The notes: a model not told the origin generated them from the sequence alone. Counted from the first letter of the stretch, positions 14,408-32,190 are shown. The stretch is 64,000 nt of DNA from Neocallimastix sp. 'constans' (GCA_050613775.1 JBODTK010000146.1:310001-374000); one strand, 5' to 3'. Translations and numbers: made by a program.

Positions 14408-14438
<31 letters not shown>

Positions 14439-15062
14439 TTTATTAATAAAAAAATTTTGAATAAAAATTTTCAGATTTTGAATAATTAAAAAAAAAAAAT
14501 ACCAAAATCAAACCTTAATAATTATAAAATTATTAACCAGAAATTAATTGAAAATAAAAAATTGAAAATGATCATAAAAATCTGGTTAATACGAAGGATG
14601 AAAAATTAAAATTAGAAAATAATGAAATATATGAATACATTTCAAATGAAAGACTATAATTTTGTAAATGAATCCAAAGAAAACTTTAGTTCATCAGTAA
14701 ACTTTAGAAAGAAAGAAAATTAAGGGAAACTAAAGAAAAGGATATAAAATTTAATATCATACCCAATAATAAAACTATCGATAAACAAAAAAACAAAAAT
14801 GAGAAAATTGATAAAGAAAAAGCAAAAAAAAAAATTGAAAAGGAAAAAAAATAATTGAAAAAGAAAAAAAAACTAAACCAATTGGAAAAAAGAAAAGAAA
14901 AAGAAAAAAAAGTTATCAATCAAATAAAGAAAGAAAAAAAAAATGAAGAACAGAACACCTATATTAAATTAATCATATTTTGAGAGGAGAGCAAATTTAG
15001 ATGATGAAAAATGAAAGCCGTAAAAGAAATTAGAATTAATAATATAATTAATGCAATAATTC

Positions 15063-15098
<36 letters not shown>

Positions 15099-16460
15099 AC
15101 TGTTGAAGCAGCTATGAATTCAGAAAATGAAAAAAAATTGGAAAGATGTAATAAATAATAATCATAAAATTTATATGGAAATAATGTTATGAAAATTGTG
15201 GGGAAATCAGAAATAAATAATCTAAAAGGTATTAAACCAACTCGATGTAAAATGAGCTTTTACTGTTAAAGATAATAGAATACATTAAGCAAGATTGGTC
15301 GTCATAGGTTTTTCGACAAATTAAAGGAGGTGTTGATTATACCTTTACCTATTCTCCTCTAATAGAAATAGATAGTTTTAGACTAACAATTTCTATTACA
15401 TCAATATAAAGATGGGACTTAAGACAAATCGATATGGAAGCTGTACACTTAAATGCTAATCTAAATGAGTAAAAATTTATACTCAAATTCCAATTGGTGA
15501 TATAATCTTCAATTGTGGAAAAACTGGATTATTACAAAAAGGCTTTCTATGGACTCAAACAAGCTAGAAGTTATTGGTTGTCCATGAAATTTCCAATTTT
15601 CTTAAGAAAATTGGGTTAATTCAATAGAATACAGATAATTATTTATTTGAAAAATATAAAAGTAATAAATTATACTTATTGCTAACACTTTATGTTGATG
15701 ATATATTAATTGCAGGAGAGGAAAAAAAAAAAAAAAACTGTTACAAAGATAAAACATAAATACGAGATAAAAGAGTAAACAAAATTATTGTAATTAATAT
15801 AATTAAAACAAGTAAGGGTTACAAAATTAATTAAGACAGTTATATTGAAAAAAAAATGATAACTATCTATAATATAAACAATACTAATATAACTAAAATA
15901 CCAATATATTATGACATGTTCATAAATGAATAGATCTTTCATAATAAAGGAGTATATATAAAAAATATTTTTTATATATACTCCTATAATTATTATTTAT
16001 ATTATTTTTTTTTTAATTATTATTATTTATAATAAAATATTTATTATTATTATTGCTAGTTTACCATTTAGTATTTATTTATTGAGTTATTTATTTATTA
16101 ATCTAATTTAAATTTAATATAAAATTTATCCACATTTTTTTGAAATTGTTTAATTAGAATTTCATTCGAAAAAGTTAAACAAATTATTAGGTAATTTAGA
16201 GTTTGTAATATTTTTTCATTTAAAATCATTAATAATAAGTTTTTAAAAGTTTATATTTTTAATTAAAAAATTACTTTAACTATTAAAAGATCAATATTCA
16301 AAAATTTTATTTATTAATTTGATGATTTTTATTTACTATAATTATTATTATTTTTTTTTTGTTTGTTTGTTTTTCTTTGTATATAGGTTATAAATAATAT
16401 TTTAGTATTTTTTAATATAATATATTTTTATTTTTTACTATTATTGTTATTAAAATACAA

Positions 16461-16495
<35 letters not shown>

Positions 16496-16547
16496 AGAAC
16501 TTATATTATTATTAAATACATATTTTTATTATTATTAAATACAATTA

Positions 16548-16549
<2 letters not shown>

Positions 16550-16641
<92 letters not shown>

Positions 16642-16642
16642 T
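16550..16642. repeat. (ATT)n microsatellite
   Basis: Directly visible. Confidence 0.9.
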
Positions 16643-16836
16643 TCTTATTTAAAATTTTTACGATTTAAAATTTCAAATCCCGAATAGTAAAATACTTTAA
16701 TGAAGATTTTAATTAATATAAAATTCAATTTAAATCAATATATATATATAGATACTTATTCCTTGTTAAAGATAAAATCACATGATATATAAAACTATAA
16801 ATCTTATAGTCCCTTAATTTTAGTAATTAAAGGTCT

Positions 16837-16874
<38 letters not shown>

Positions 16875-17174
16875 AAAATTAAAATTTATTAGTTCTTAAT
16901 TTTGATTCCGATTCAATTTAATTAAGAAATAAAAATATGATGAATATAATTAAAAATAGGGATGAGATTTATTATTAATGATAATTTGATGATTTTGAGT
17001 TATCATACATCGTTAAATCAAGATTTCATTAACTATATCGTTTCAATCATTCATTTATTAGTAATTTTTACCCCTTTTCATATAAATAAGATATATATAT
17101 ATATATAATAAGATAGAAATAAAGTATTAATTATTAGTATTAAATATTATATAATAAATACTTTATTATTATTA

Positions 17175-17290
17175 TTTTTTTTATTATTATTTTTTTTTTT
17201 ACTATAGTATTTAATAATGTACAATTATTATTATTATTATTTTTATTATTATTTTTTTTTACTATAGTATTTAATAATGTACAATTATTA
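17175..17290. repeat. 60-bp-period tandem duplication
   Basis: ttttttttactatagtatttaataatgtacaattatta occurs at ~17193 and ~17253. Confidence 0.85.
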
Positions 17291-17864
17291 AATGATATGT
17301 ATATTTAATAAATGGAATACAGCTCTGAATAAACAATATTAAATAAAATAATAATAAATATAATAATAATAATAATAATAAATAGTAAATTTGATAAAAA
17401 AATGAATAATAATATATTTAAATTTCTATTAATATAAAATTTTTTATATATTTAAAAATTAATTAAAAATAGTGAGAAATATTCCGACACGAAAAAGTAA
17501 AAACGAAAATAACGAAAAAAAAAAAAAAAAAAAAAAAAAAATTAACACGAAAAAATAATTAATTAGAATTATATATTAATAGAATAGGGAAAACGAAAAT
17601 GAAAACGAAAATGAATATAACGAAAACGAAAATGAAAAAAAAAAAAAAAAAAAAAAATAATATTCATTAAATGAAAAGTAACTAAATTAAAAAAAAAAAA
17701 TTTTTAAAAAAATATATATATAAAGATAAATTTTACCTTTGATAATTATTTTTTTATTGAATATATACATTATAATTAAAAAAAAATATTTTAATTTTAA
17801 AAAATAAAAGTAAATATTAAAGAAGTAAATATTAAATTAAAGAAGGAAATAAAAAGCAATAAAA

Positions 17865-17900
<36 letters not shown>

Positions 17901-18648
17901 TATTATATAAAAAAAAAATAATATATGAAGAGAAAATGAAAAATTTTAAAAAATATATATTTATATATAAAATATCTGTATGCATGTAAAAATAATATAT
18001 ACAAACCACTATAAAATCACCTATGTATTAAAATTTAAACACATACTTATCAAAAGATTTTAAAAATTATAAAGTATTACTTTTTTGTTTTTTACTATTA
18101 TATTTGTTTCTTTTATTTATTCTTTTTTTTTTATATTTTATTTTTTAATTTTTTACAAGTTTTATTTTTATTTTTTTTTTTTTACTATAATAATAATTTT
18201 TGCACATGTATTTTTCTTTACTATTTTCATAATATATATTACTTCATTTTATTTTGATATAATTAAATATAAATAAGAATAAAATTTAATACTTATTTAT
18301 ATTTTACAAGTTTATTAATAATTAAAGTAATAGTATCATATTTTATATAATATATATAATATAATAAAATAGGAAAAAAAAATGGTATAATATTGTTATT
18401 TATTAAATGTAGTGTTTCTTCCTTTCATTATTTTTGGTTTTATATATACCTTGATTAATCAAAATATATATAAAAATGAAAGAGAGAAAAGAACCTAATA
18501 ATAACAATATTTAATTGTTAATTTAAAAATATCACAAAACCATAACTATTGAAATAACAAAATTATTGATGTGTATATAATTCAATATAAAATAAATTTT
18601 TACTTTATATTAAATATATATTTTAAATTTCAAAAAAATAAAAAATAA

Positions 18649-18891
18649 TTAAGCAAAGAAAAGACTCATTCCACTGTATGGGTAATATGGTTTTTCCTTT
18701 GAATCTTTAGATTCAGTTTTTATTAATGAGGGTGTACTAATATCTCTTACGGAATCATTCTTTTTCATTCCAAATAATGAAAATGAAGAAATACTTCCAG
18801 TAGAATTAGTCTTTTTTACCGCTCTTGGTGGTTCAATAGTGCTATTGAAAAGACTATCTAAAAAGGAATTTTGGAAAAATTTTTGCATCAT
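18649..18891 (-). CDS. Small hypothetical protein (80 aa), Ser/Lys-rich, ending PYYPYSGMSLFFA
   Basis: Locally higher GC than flanks, non-repetitive amino-acid sequence, AAAATG start context, clean TAA stop. No recognisable domain. Confidence 0.65.
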   Translation of the reverse strand: MMQKFFQNSFLDSLFNSTIEPPRAVKKTNSTGSISSFSLFGMKKNDSVRDISTPSLIKTESKDSKEKPYYPYSGMSLFFA

Positions 18892-19569
18892 TTTGGTTTT
18901 TTTTTTTTTTTTTTCTTATTTTTTTATATATTTGTAGTTTTTAGAGTATTTTTATTTCAGATATTTTTATTTTTAATTTTTTTATAATACTTTTTTTATT
19001 TATAAAATTCTTTCTTTATTTTTTCGACGTTGCTTTAATTTATTTACTTTTTCGTTGATAATATCTTCTTAGTAAGTATTTTCGCACTTCAATAGTTTTA
19101 TACAGCTTTTTTTTTTTTTTCTTTTATTTTTGTTAAATATATATAGTTTAAATATTTACAAATTATTTTAAAGGTTTTTTTTATTTTTATTTTATTTTTT
19201 CTTAAATTAAAACTTAGTATTGTTTAATATCTTCTTTCAATTTTTCTTTTATTTCGTTTTAAAAAGTTCTATATAATAAAAATATATAATTTTTTTTACT
19301 TATTTAATATTAATATTTATTTAAAATTTTCACTTAAAAGTAAATGCGAATTAAAATATTTATAAAACATAAAAGTACTTTAAAAAAAATTTTTTTATAT
19401 GTCTATCGTTCTTTTTTTGTATATATATATATAAAACTCGATTATATAAATCGAAATTATTACATTTAATTTTTAAAACAAAATATAAAACAATTAATTT
19501 TTATAAAAAAACTTCAAAATTTTTTAAAAAAAAAAAAAATGGGCAAAAGAAATTAAATGCTATTTATAG

Positions 19570-19815
<246 letters not shown>

Positions 19816-21059
19816 ATGTCATTAAATATTTTTATATCTTAATTGCTAATAAACTATTTTATATTATTAATCATTAATATTGTTAATATATAGATATTAT
19901 ATATTTACAATATTACTTAACATATTATTAATCTATTAATACTATTTATATTATTTATAATATTAATATATTAATAATATTAATCATTTATATACATTAT
20001 TAGAATAATTTAGTTTTAATTTTATATAAATATAATATATTATTTAATTATAATTTAATCAAAAATTTATATATCAATATATTTATTTTTAATTATTATA
20101 TATTACTAATAAATAATTCATATATTATATCATATATTATATGATGGATGTATTTTAATATATATTATATTTTATTTAATTATAAAAGCAATTTTTTTTA
20201 TAGTATATGAATCTGAAATTGAATAAAAATTAAAATTTTTAAAATTTTAAAAAATAATGTTATTTCTAAATTTTTATTTTATTATTTCTTTATTTTATTT
20301 TTGATTATCTTTTATTAATGATAATATATATATATTTAATTGTCTCTTTTTTGTATATATAATAACTATTATTTTTATATTCATTATTGCTGATAATTTA
20401 GATTTGAAATTTAAAGAATTTATAATCTTATTTCTTTTAAAAAAAAAATATCATAAATATATTTATTTTAGTTTAGTTTAGTTTGAAAAAAACTTTATCA
20501 TTTATAAACTTTTATACTTAAAATTATATATCTATAAATGACTCTCAATAGTATAGTACCAATAGATCTTAGTCATCAATATATTTAATAATGATTGATT
20601 AAGTTTTTTTTTTTTTTTAATACATAATGTTAAAAAATAATAATAATTAGTAAAGAAAAATGATTAAAAATCAATATAATTACCGTTGCTCTAAATGATT
20701 AGTTGTAATAATAAATTGAAAATTATTTTTTTTATAGAATCTCACAAGCCTTTCATTATATATAAAAGGCAATAAAAATTAATACTATAGTATTGATTCA
20801 TTTTAAAATAGTTATATACAAAGAAAAATAATAATAGTAATAAATATCACAATATATAAATGAATTTTTAATTTCTTTATAGATTATGTAAATTTTATTT
20901 TATTATTATTTCTTCTATTGATAAAATGAAGTTAACTTTAATATCTTATTTCATATGTAATTTTAATTTTATATATATATTTTAAGTTAATTTCATAAAT
21001 TAAAATTATCTTCAGTAGAGATTCTATTATAAAATTATAAAATATTTCACATTTTAATG

Positions 21060-21092
<33 letters not shown>

Positions 21093-21605
21093 AAATTTTA
21101 TATTAATAAAATTTGAATACAAAACAAATAATTTATTAAATATTGCAATTAATACATTAAATTATATGTTATATATAATTGCACCATATTATATATTATG
21201 TAATTAATATTTTTTTTATATTATACAAAGCATTTCTTTTTTATTAAACAAAAATTACTAATTAGTTTAATGATATATCATATATAAAGATTTTAATAAT
21301 TAAACTATATATCAATATATAGTTTGCATTAATTGAAAATAGTAAAGCAAATAAATACTAATATATATAAATATTGGTTAATTAACATTGGCGTTTTATG
21401 TTATCATTTCTGGAGATTTTTTTTTTTTTTTTTTAATATTTACTAATGTTTAACAAAGTAAAATCATGACCTTTTATTTCCCCATTTTTTTGGTAAATTA
21501 AATATATAAAATTGTTTATTTATTTAATATCTTGTAGTTATTTATTAATATTGAAATAATGGTATATTGATGTCTTAATATTTTTTATAAAAAATGAACT
21601 TTTTA

Positions 21606-21679
<74 letters not shown>

Positions 21680-23816
21680 TCATTTTATTATTTATTCATA
21701 ACAAATATTTTTTATATAAATTATAAAATATTTTAATACATTATAATTATAATAATTATTTTTATTTTATTTTTCATCTTTTTTTTTTTTTTTTTTTTTT
21801 TTTTTGTAAATTATAAAAATTTATCTTTTTTTTTTTTTAAAAAAAAATATATATATATAAAATGATATTAAATATATGCGGAGCTAAATAATAAGTAATA
21901 AAGCCACATTTTAGTTATTCTTTAGTATCATTAATGCTTAATAATATTCATTTAAAGTAAAATAGCCATACTAATATTTAATTAAAATCATATATTCCAT
22001 ATTTATATTTGAAATTTGAAATTTGAAATGTATAAATAAATTAATCTAAATTTGGTTTTTCCTTTTTAATAAAACTTTAATTTATTAACTTAATCATATG
22101 CATTTAAAAGTTAAAACTTTTAATTTTAAAATTTTACTAATTAAAGTTTAATTCAAATTTAAAAAAGATAAATTTTAATTATTACTATAAAAAATTTTTA
22201 ATCACAAGAATAATTTAATAACGAATAACTTGTGACAAAACTTTAAAGCATAATTCGTTAATATATGACCTGTTGTATTCATATATATTACCTATATAAA
22301 TATATAGACAAATAAAATAATTATATATAATTATCATGTATTTAAATATTTATTTTAAAATTGATTTTATATATATTTTTAATAATTAATATTATTACAA
22401 TTTTATTATGATTAATTAATAATGTTATATTAAAATAATTTATTGATTAATTTGGAAATCATAATAAAGATTAAGTATATTTCATAAAAAAAAAGGGAAT
22501 AACATTAAATATTACTTTTTAATCAAATAAAAAATATTTTAAATTTTATAATAAAAAAAACTATTTTTTTATTATAATTATTTAATATAAATAGTTTTTT
22601 TTATTATAAAATTTAAAAGATTATTAACTAACTCATTACTAAATATAAAAATATATCTATAAAAAAAAAGTAATAATAATAAAAAATATTCTTTACTTTA
22701 AAAATTAAAACATATGATTATTTTATTATATATCATAAAATTATCAAATTTATATTTATTATTATAATATATAGAAATATTTTAAAATTAAAATATTAAA
22801 ATAATATTTGTTATATTTATGTATAATATAAATAAAACTATTTTTATTTATTTATTAATTATATATTATCCTTTAGATAGAATAAATGCTTATAGCAAAA
22901 ATACTATTTTTATTTATTTAAAAATATATTATCTTTTTGATTAGCAACAATAAATGATTGTAATAAAAATAAAACAGAAATAATAAATGATTATAATAAA
23001 AATAAAAAAAAATAAAAATAAAAATAAATTCAGTGATTGCTTAATATTTTTTATTTTATTTCATTTTAAATTAAAAAAGTATTATGAATTTTTTTTTTCT
23101 TTTTTTTTAAAAAAAAAAAAATGCCTTAACCATTTAATATAAATGCTTAAATTTTTTTTAAAAAAAAAAAAAAAAAAAAAAATTAATACAATTTCATTAA
23201 AATAGTAATAATAAATAATAATTTATATTATTTAATATATTAACATTTTAAGTTTATACTAAGAACTCTTACAAAACTGCTTATTTATAATTAACAATGA
23301 TCTAAAATTATATTTTAAATAATTTGAAATTATCATTTTACTATTAATAAAATATTTAGAAATTAAATAATAATTTACGTTTATTAATTAAAATCATTGT
23401 TTCTATTGAGACTCAAATTTTTATTAATACTTTATAATCTTTACAATTTAAAACTTTTAATGTTTTATTATATATATTCATTTTAACAATGTTTAATGAA
23501 AATTTTTACATTGTTTATATAAAAGACAAAAAAGAAAAAAAATCGAATTTAATTCAAAATTAAAATATTTTTAATTAACAATATTATGAAGCACGTTATT
23601 TTTATTAATTTTTTTTTCTAAAAAAAAAAATAAAGAATTTTTGACAATTATTAATATTTGACCAAATTAACTCATTTTGTTTTGAAATATTTATATCCAT
23701 GTAATTAAAGACTATGGATATTTATTTTTGTTAATAAATACATAATTATGAAAATTATAAGCATAATCATGTTTTAATTATATTCATTTTATTAAAAATA
23801 TATATTAAAGACAATT

Positions 23817-23847
<31 letters not shown>

Positions 23848-24185
23848 CTGATTTGATTTTTAAATTATATAATTATATATTAAAATTTTTAAAAAGTTAT
23901 TTATATTTATAAAGTTTTCCTTACTGATAACAGTAAAAAGGTTATAAGATAATTTTTATTATTAGATAATCTTAAAACTTTAAACTAAAAACTAAATATA
24001 TGTCAAAGTAATGAATTATTATAATGATATAATATAGAGTTATTTGATAAGCTTAAAGCTTAAAGCCAAAAACTATGTATATATAATTATTATAATGATG
24101 TAATATAGAGTAAAATATAAAATTTTTTTTGGTTTATAATAATTATAAAACTTTAAATAGTGTTATTAATATTTTTTTTGTTGTT

Positions 24186-24230
<45 letters not shown>

Positions 24231-24233
<3 letters not shown>

Positions 24234-24583
24234 TTAAATTATTTATTAAAATATTATATAATAATTAATATAATAATTATTAAGTATATTTTTAAATACA
24301 TCAATTTTAATTTTAAATTTCTTTAAAAAAAATATATAATTAATATAATTATAAAGATATAAAGATAATTTAATGTTTTTATTATAATAAAAAAAATAAA
24401 AAAAAAAAAAAAAAAAAACTTTAAATTATTTATTAAAATATTATATAATAATTAATATAATAATTATTAAGTATATTTTTAAATACATCAATTTTAATTT
24501 TAAATTTCTTTAAAAAAAATATATAATTAATATAATTATAAAGATATAAAGATAATTTAATGTTTTTATTATAATAAAAAAAA
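24231..24583. repeat. 187-bp-period tandem duplication
   Basis: actttaaattatttattaaaatattatatataataattaat...aatgtttttattataataaaaaaa starts at 24231 and again at 24418; each copy is preceded by an A-run. Confidence 0.9.
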
Positions 24584-24699
24584 TATTTAAGTAACAAAAA
24601 TAAAAAAAAAAATTTAAATAAAAATAAAAAAAAATATTAAATTATATCCAATCATAGACATTATTAAACTTTATTATATAAACTTTAAATATTGATTAA

Positions 24700-25870
24700 A
24701 ATGTATATTACATTTATATTACATATACAATATCAAAAATAACTCTAGTAATTGTATTTATGTATAATCTAAATTTAATAATCTAAATTATAAATGTTCA
24801 TTATATTTCTAATTCTATCAACAAATAATCTATATTAATCATAATGAATGTTAGGATTATAAGTGACAAAAAATCTTTGAATACTTTTATCTATAAATGG
24901 ATTATGTTATGGTTGAATAGAGCATCATTTATATTATACAATATAATTATCATTATCAGAACGATATGTCCTTTTTTTACTTATTTAATTGAAAAAAAAA
25001 AAGCAATGAAAATAAAAATATTAACTATAACTATTAAAGTCATTTAATTGATATACTTTTTTTTATTTTATTTTTTTTTTTATTTTTTTTTTTTTTTTTT
25101 TTGGTGGTCTTTTTTATTTTCTTTTTCTTTTTTTTTTTTTTTGGTGGTCTTTAATAACATTTAATTATTAGTCATTGCATTTCCCCCCTTAATGTTTCAC
25201 TTTTTATATATTTTAATTACCAAAATCATTGAAATATATTTTATCATTCTCTTTTTCATTAAGATTTGAAATATTATATATTGATAACTTTTTTTAACAT
25301 TTCAATATCTAGTATAATTTCCTGAACTAATATCATTAATTCAATGAATAAACTTATTATAATTATCAGAGTCTCCATAAAGATACAACCTGATTAAATA
25401 AATAATTCATATGACCTTTCTTTAGTAAAACTTTCATTATTAACATTTAATTATATTCTTAAAAAAAATACAATCTAATTAAATAAATAATTCATATGAC
25501 CTTTCTTTAATAAAACTTTCATCATTAACATTTAATTTATTATATTCTCAATCAAAAATTAACTATATATTGATTCAACTGTATTTTTATCATTATCATT
25601 ATTAATTCATAAAATAATTTTTATCAAAATAATTACAGAATATTATCATTAAAGTGTTCATAATCTATTAATTTATTATATAAGTATTTTTTATAAATTG
25701 AGTTTAATCTAATTCTTAAAACGTCAATTTTATCATTATTAAATATATCATTTACTATAGCTTTTTTAATTAAATCAAAAATTATATACATTTTTTTTTT
25801 GTAACAATCTTTAAATTCAGTTAATTTCATTTTGGAAGTGTTGATTTCTATGAAGACCACTAAGACATAG
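24700..25870 (-). pseudogene. Unidentified decayed coding relic (possibly of mobile-element origin)
   Basis: Minus-strand frames read protein-like but stop-riddled (e.g. RTYRSDNDNYIV*YK*CSIQP*HNPFIDKSIQRFFVTYNPNIHYD*YRLFVDRIRNIMN; ORF 25633-25860). There is an internal 85-bp-period duplication at 25393/25478. No family recognised. Confidence 0.3.
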
Positions 25871-26819
25871 CTTGAAAATGAATAATATAGATTAACATTT
25901 ATATTAAATTAAAAAATTTAATAAAATTCTGAAAATGCATTAATTAACATATTCCTAAACTGGTCTTTCTGGAAATCTAGTAAATTTATTCCTATACGAT
26001 TATTAGAATAAATTAAAAAAAAAAAATTTTTTTTTCATTCATATTACTATCATTTAATAAAGAAAGACCTTATCTTTTGTCTTATGGAAGAAAATAATAA
26101 ACTATTTTATATTTTTTTGAATAGTTAAATTGTAAAAGTAGCTTAGAAAAATTATGAAATTATGAAAAATTATAATACTAAAGAATATTTTTTTATTAAA
26201 TGAACCATTCTTTAGAAATGAAAAAATAAAATAACATGAATATTTTTTGATAATAATATAATGAATAATCAATATTTTATAATATTTAATAAAAAAAGAA
26301 AAAAAATATTAGTTTTAAGTATTTAAATATGTTATTTCCAAACAAGTATATTTATAATTAATATGTTAGAAAAAAAATATATTAATTGTATGATAAAGAT
26401 AGTTCATAAAAAAAAAAAAATAATAATAATAAAAAATAAAAAATAAGATAAAAAAATTTTAAAAAAATAAAATAAAATAAGAAAATAAATGCATAATATA
26501 TTATATTTATAATTTTATATTTGATATTTCAAATTTTATTGTTGTGCTTATATATATTGATACATTTTTTTCATTAAATTATTTTTGATATTTTTATAAA
26601 AAAATTGATTATGAGTTAATATTATATTTTGATATTGATATTGCTATTTTTAATATTACTCATTATTTTGATAGAGAAATGCATTCAATAGGTTATATAA
26701 ATAAATACATTTAACATTAAAAGTTATATAAAAAATTATTAAGAGTTATTGGGTTTCTTTATATTTTCTAAAAAAAAAAAAAAAAAAAATTAAAAATAAA
26801 TTAATTTTTCTTTAAAAAT

Positions 26820-30220
<3,401 letters not shown>

Positions 30221-31089
30221 TTTATTACATCTATGAAAGTTTTTCTTCTATTATTGAACCTAATGATATGGATTGTTTTTCCAGATCCATTGAGTGTTGA
30301 TGGAAAAGGAATAGCCTATAATCAGATGTACTAATAACAATTTTCTGTAATTCTAATGATAATTGATGGTTATCCTTTCTTAAGTAGCTTCACAAATACG
30401 GAGAGAGAAAATATGGAAAATAGGAAGGTTATAGAAAGAGAACCTGATGCTTTATATTGCTTTAAACTGGATATGCAGAAACATTGGAGTTGTATAATTA
30501 CTAATATCATGTAGTTTCTATATTTTATCATTGTAATGAATCTATTAACATTTTTTACATTAGCACTATTTTGCATATGTATTTTTCTATAGTACTATTT
30601 AAACTTTCATGTAGCTATTGTAAAATGAAAATGTAAGAAATTGATTCACTCCAAAGCTTGTATTTAAGACTTTATTTAATGAATGGGAAATTTTTTTTAT
30701 AGTTTTTCACAACTAACATTTTATTTACCTTTTCATTTTAGCTTATATATTATTATTTTACAGAAAATAATTACATTTTACCGTGCTTTTTTAATCGATC
30801 AGAAAATCAAAAATTCAAAGATAAAAATAAAAAAAAAAAAAAAAAAAGAAGAAAGAAAGAGAGAGAGAGATTATTCATTATAATAAAATATACCTCTTTT
30901 TTATTTTACTTAAATAATTATCAACTACAGAAAAAGGAAAAAACTTCATATTATTTTAATTATTATTTTTTTTTTTTTAATTTTTCTATATTTATATTAT
31001 TTTATATTTTTTATTTTTTTTTATTATATATTTATATTTCTTAATTTTTTGTATCTTAGCTTATATTAATTTCATTTTTTATCAATTTG

Positions 31090-31234
31090 AAATCTAATTC
31101 ATTATGGAAAAGATATTTCATTGGGGTTCTCGCTTTTATGATACATCTATTGACAACACAAGGTTGATTTTTATCCGTGGTGTACACTCATGGACCAATG
31201 ATACTATAATGAAAGAATTAATTCATTCCAGATG

Positions 31235-31275
<41 letters not shown>

Positions 31276-32190
31276 CAAAAATAATATTTTATCAGTGAAA
31301 AGAATTAATAAGTTCAATGATAGTTTCTTCAGGATTAAAAGTATACACTCCACATCTCAACTCCACAAAATTTGTCAAAGTATTTAAAAAAAAAAAAAAG
31401 CAATAACATGAATTAATATTTCATATTGCGGATGTTCCAAATGGAATCATAAGGTTTCTTTTCAGCATTTAAAACAAAATTTAATATTTAATAACACATC
31501 CATATAATACAAAACTCAGCAAATCTCAGTTCTCTAATCATTTTTGTTATCAAAAAAAAAAATGTTCTGTGAAATAGGTATAAATGTCTTGAACTTAAGA
31601 AAGAAATTTGTAATCACAATAAATTTGGGATTCTTACTGAAGAATTAGGAAATGAAGAACTTTCAGCAGATAGTATAATTGAAAAAGTTCATCAACACTA
31701 CTAATTCCTTTGGTAAGAATTTATCGATTATATCGTCGACAGAAATCAGAAAAGCGATGTTTAGAATGTCCAAAAAGTTTATTGTTTTCAAAAGGTAAAA
31801 CATATTAAATATAAATAGATAAATAGATTAAGTGTTATAAACCTGTATGTGATTCTAATGAATTTGCTAAAATTGTTGACTCGTATAATAGAATATGTGA
31901 ATAAATTCATAAAAATTGTAACGAATTTAGAAAAAAAAAAAAAGAATATTTATATTGAATTAAAATTGGATGTTCGTTAGGCTCTTAAAAATGATTGTAA
32001 GAAAGCATAGAAATGAGTAAAAAAGAATGCAAAAATAAATAATCAGTTTTTTTCAGTCACTCATCCTTTTTAAAACAATATCAATGAACTAGTTTCTTCT
32101 ACAGATGAAAAATTAAAAAGTTTAGCATTCTCATTATAAATTTCTAGGGTCGGGATTCTTCAGGTCATAGTCTTTCTAAAAATTTCTGGA
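31090..32190 (+). mobile_element. Degenerate non-LTR retrotransposon fragment (region N-terminal to RT)
   Basis: Reads *NRYKCLELKKEICNHNKFGILTEEL, KNDCKKA*K*VKK, ELVSSTDEKLK, HSHYKFLGS-DSSGHSLSKNFW. The last segment parallels FSEHYSELASDVTQHSLDNEY* just upstream of the RT at ~10670-10735. Many stops, frameshifts and A-run expansions. Confidence 0.7.

Larger units (their letters stand above)
12621..15945 (+). mobile_element. Degenerate, internally deleted Ty1/copia LTR retrotransposon
   Basis: Gag zinc-knuckle relic CYYCHKNGHFTNN(F) at ~14002-14043. Copia RT motifs ARLVVIGF (~15289), VDYTFTYSP (~15332), QIDMEA (~15426), AFYGLKQARSYW (~15542) and LYVDDILIA (YVDD at 15691). A 35-bp segment (12697-12731) recurs at 15911-15945 with 32/35 identity, consistent with LTR remnants. 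Confidence 0.85.

Noticed and set aside
5309..18276. Phe/Ile/Lys-rich short ORFs (5309, 8372, 9714, 11803, 14704, 18085; likewise 30683, 47317, 48680)
   Set aside because: They arise from homopolymer or low-complexity AT DNA and show no domain signal or coding-like composition.
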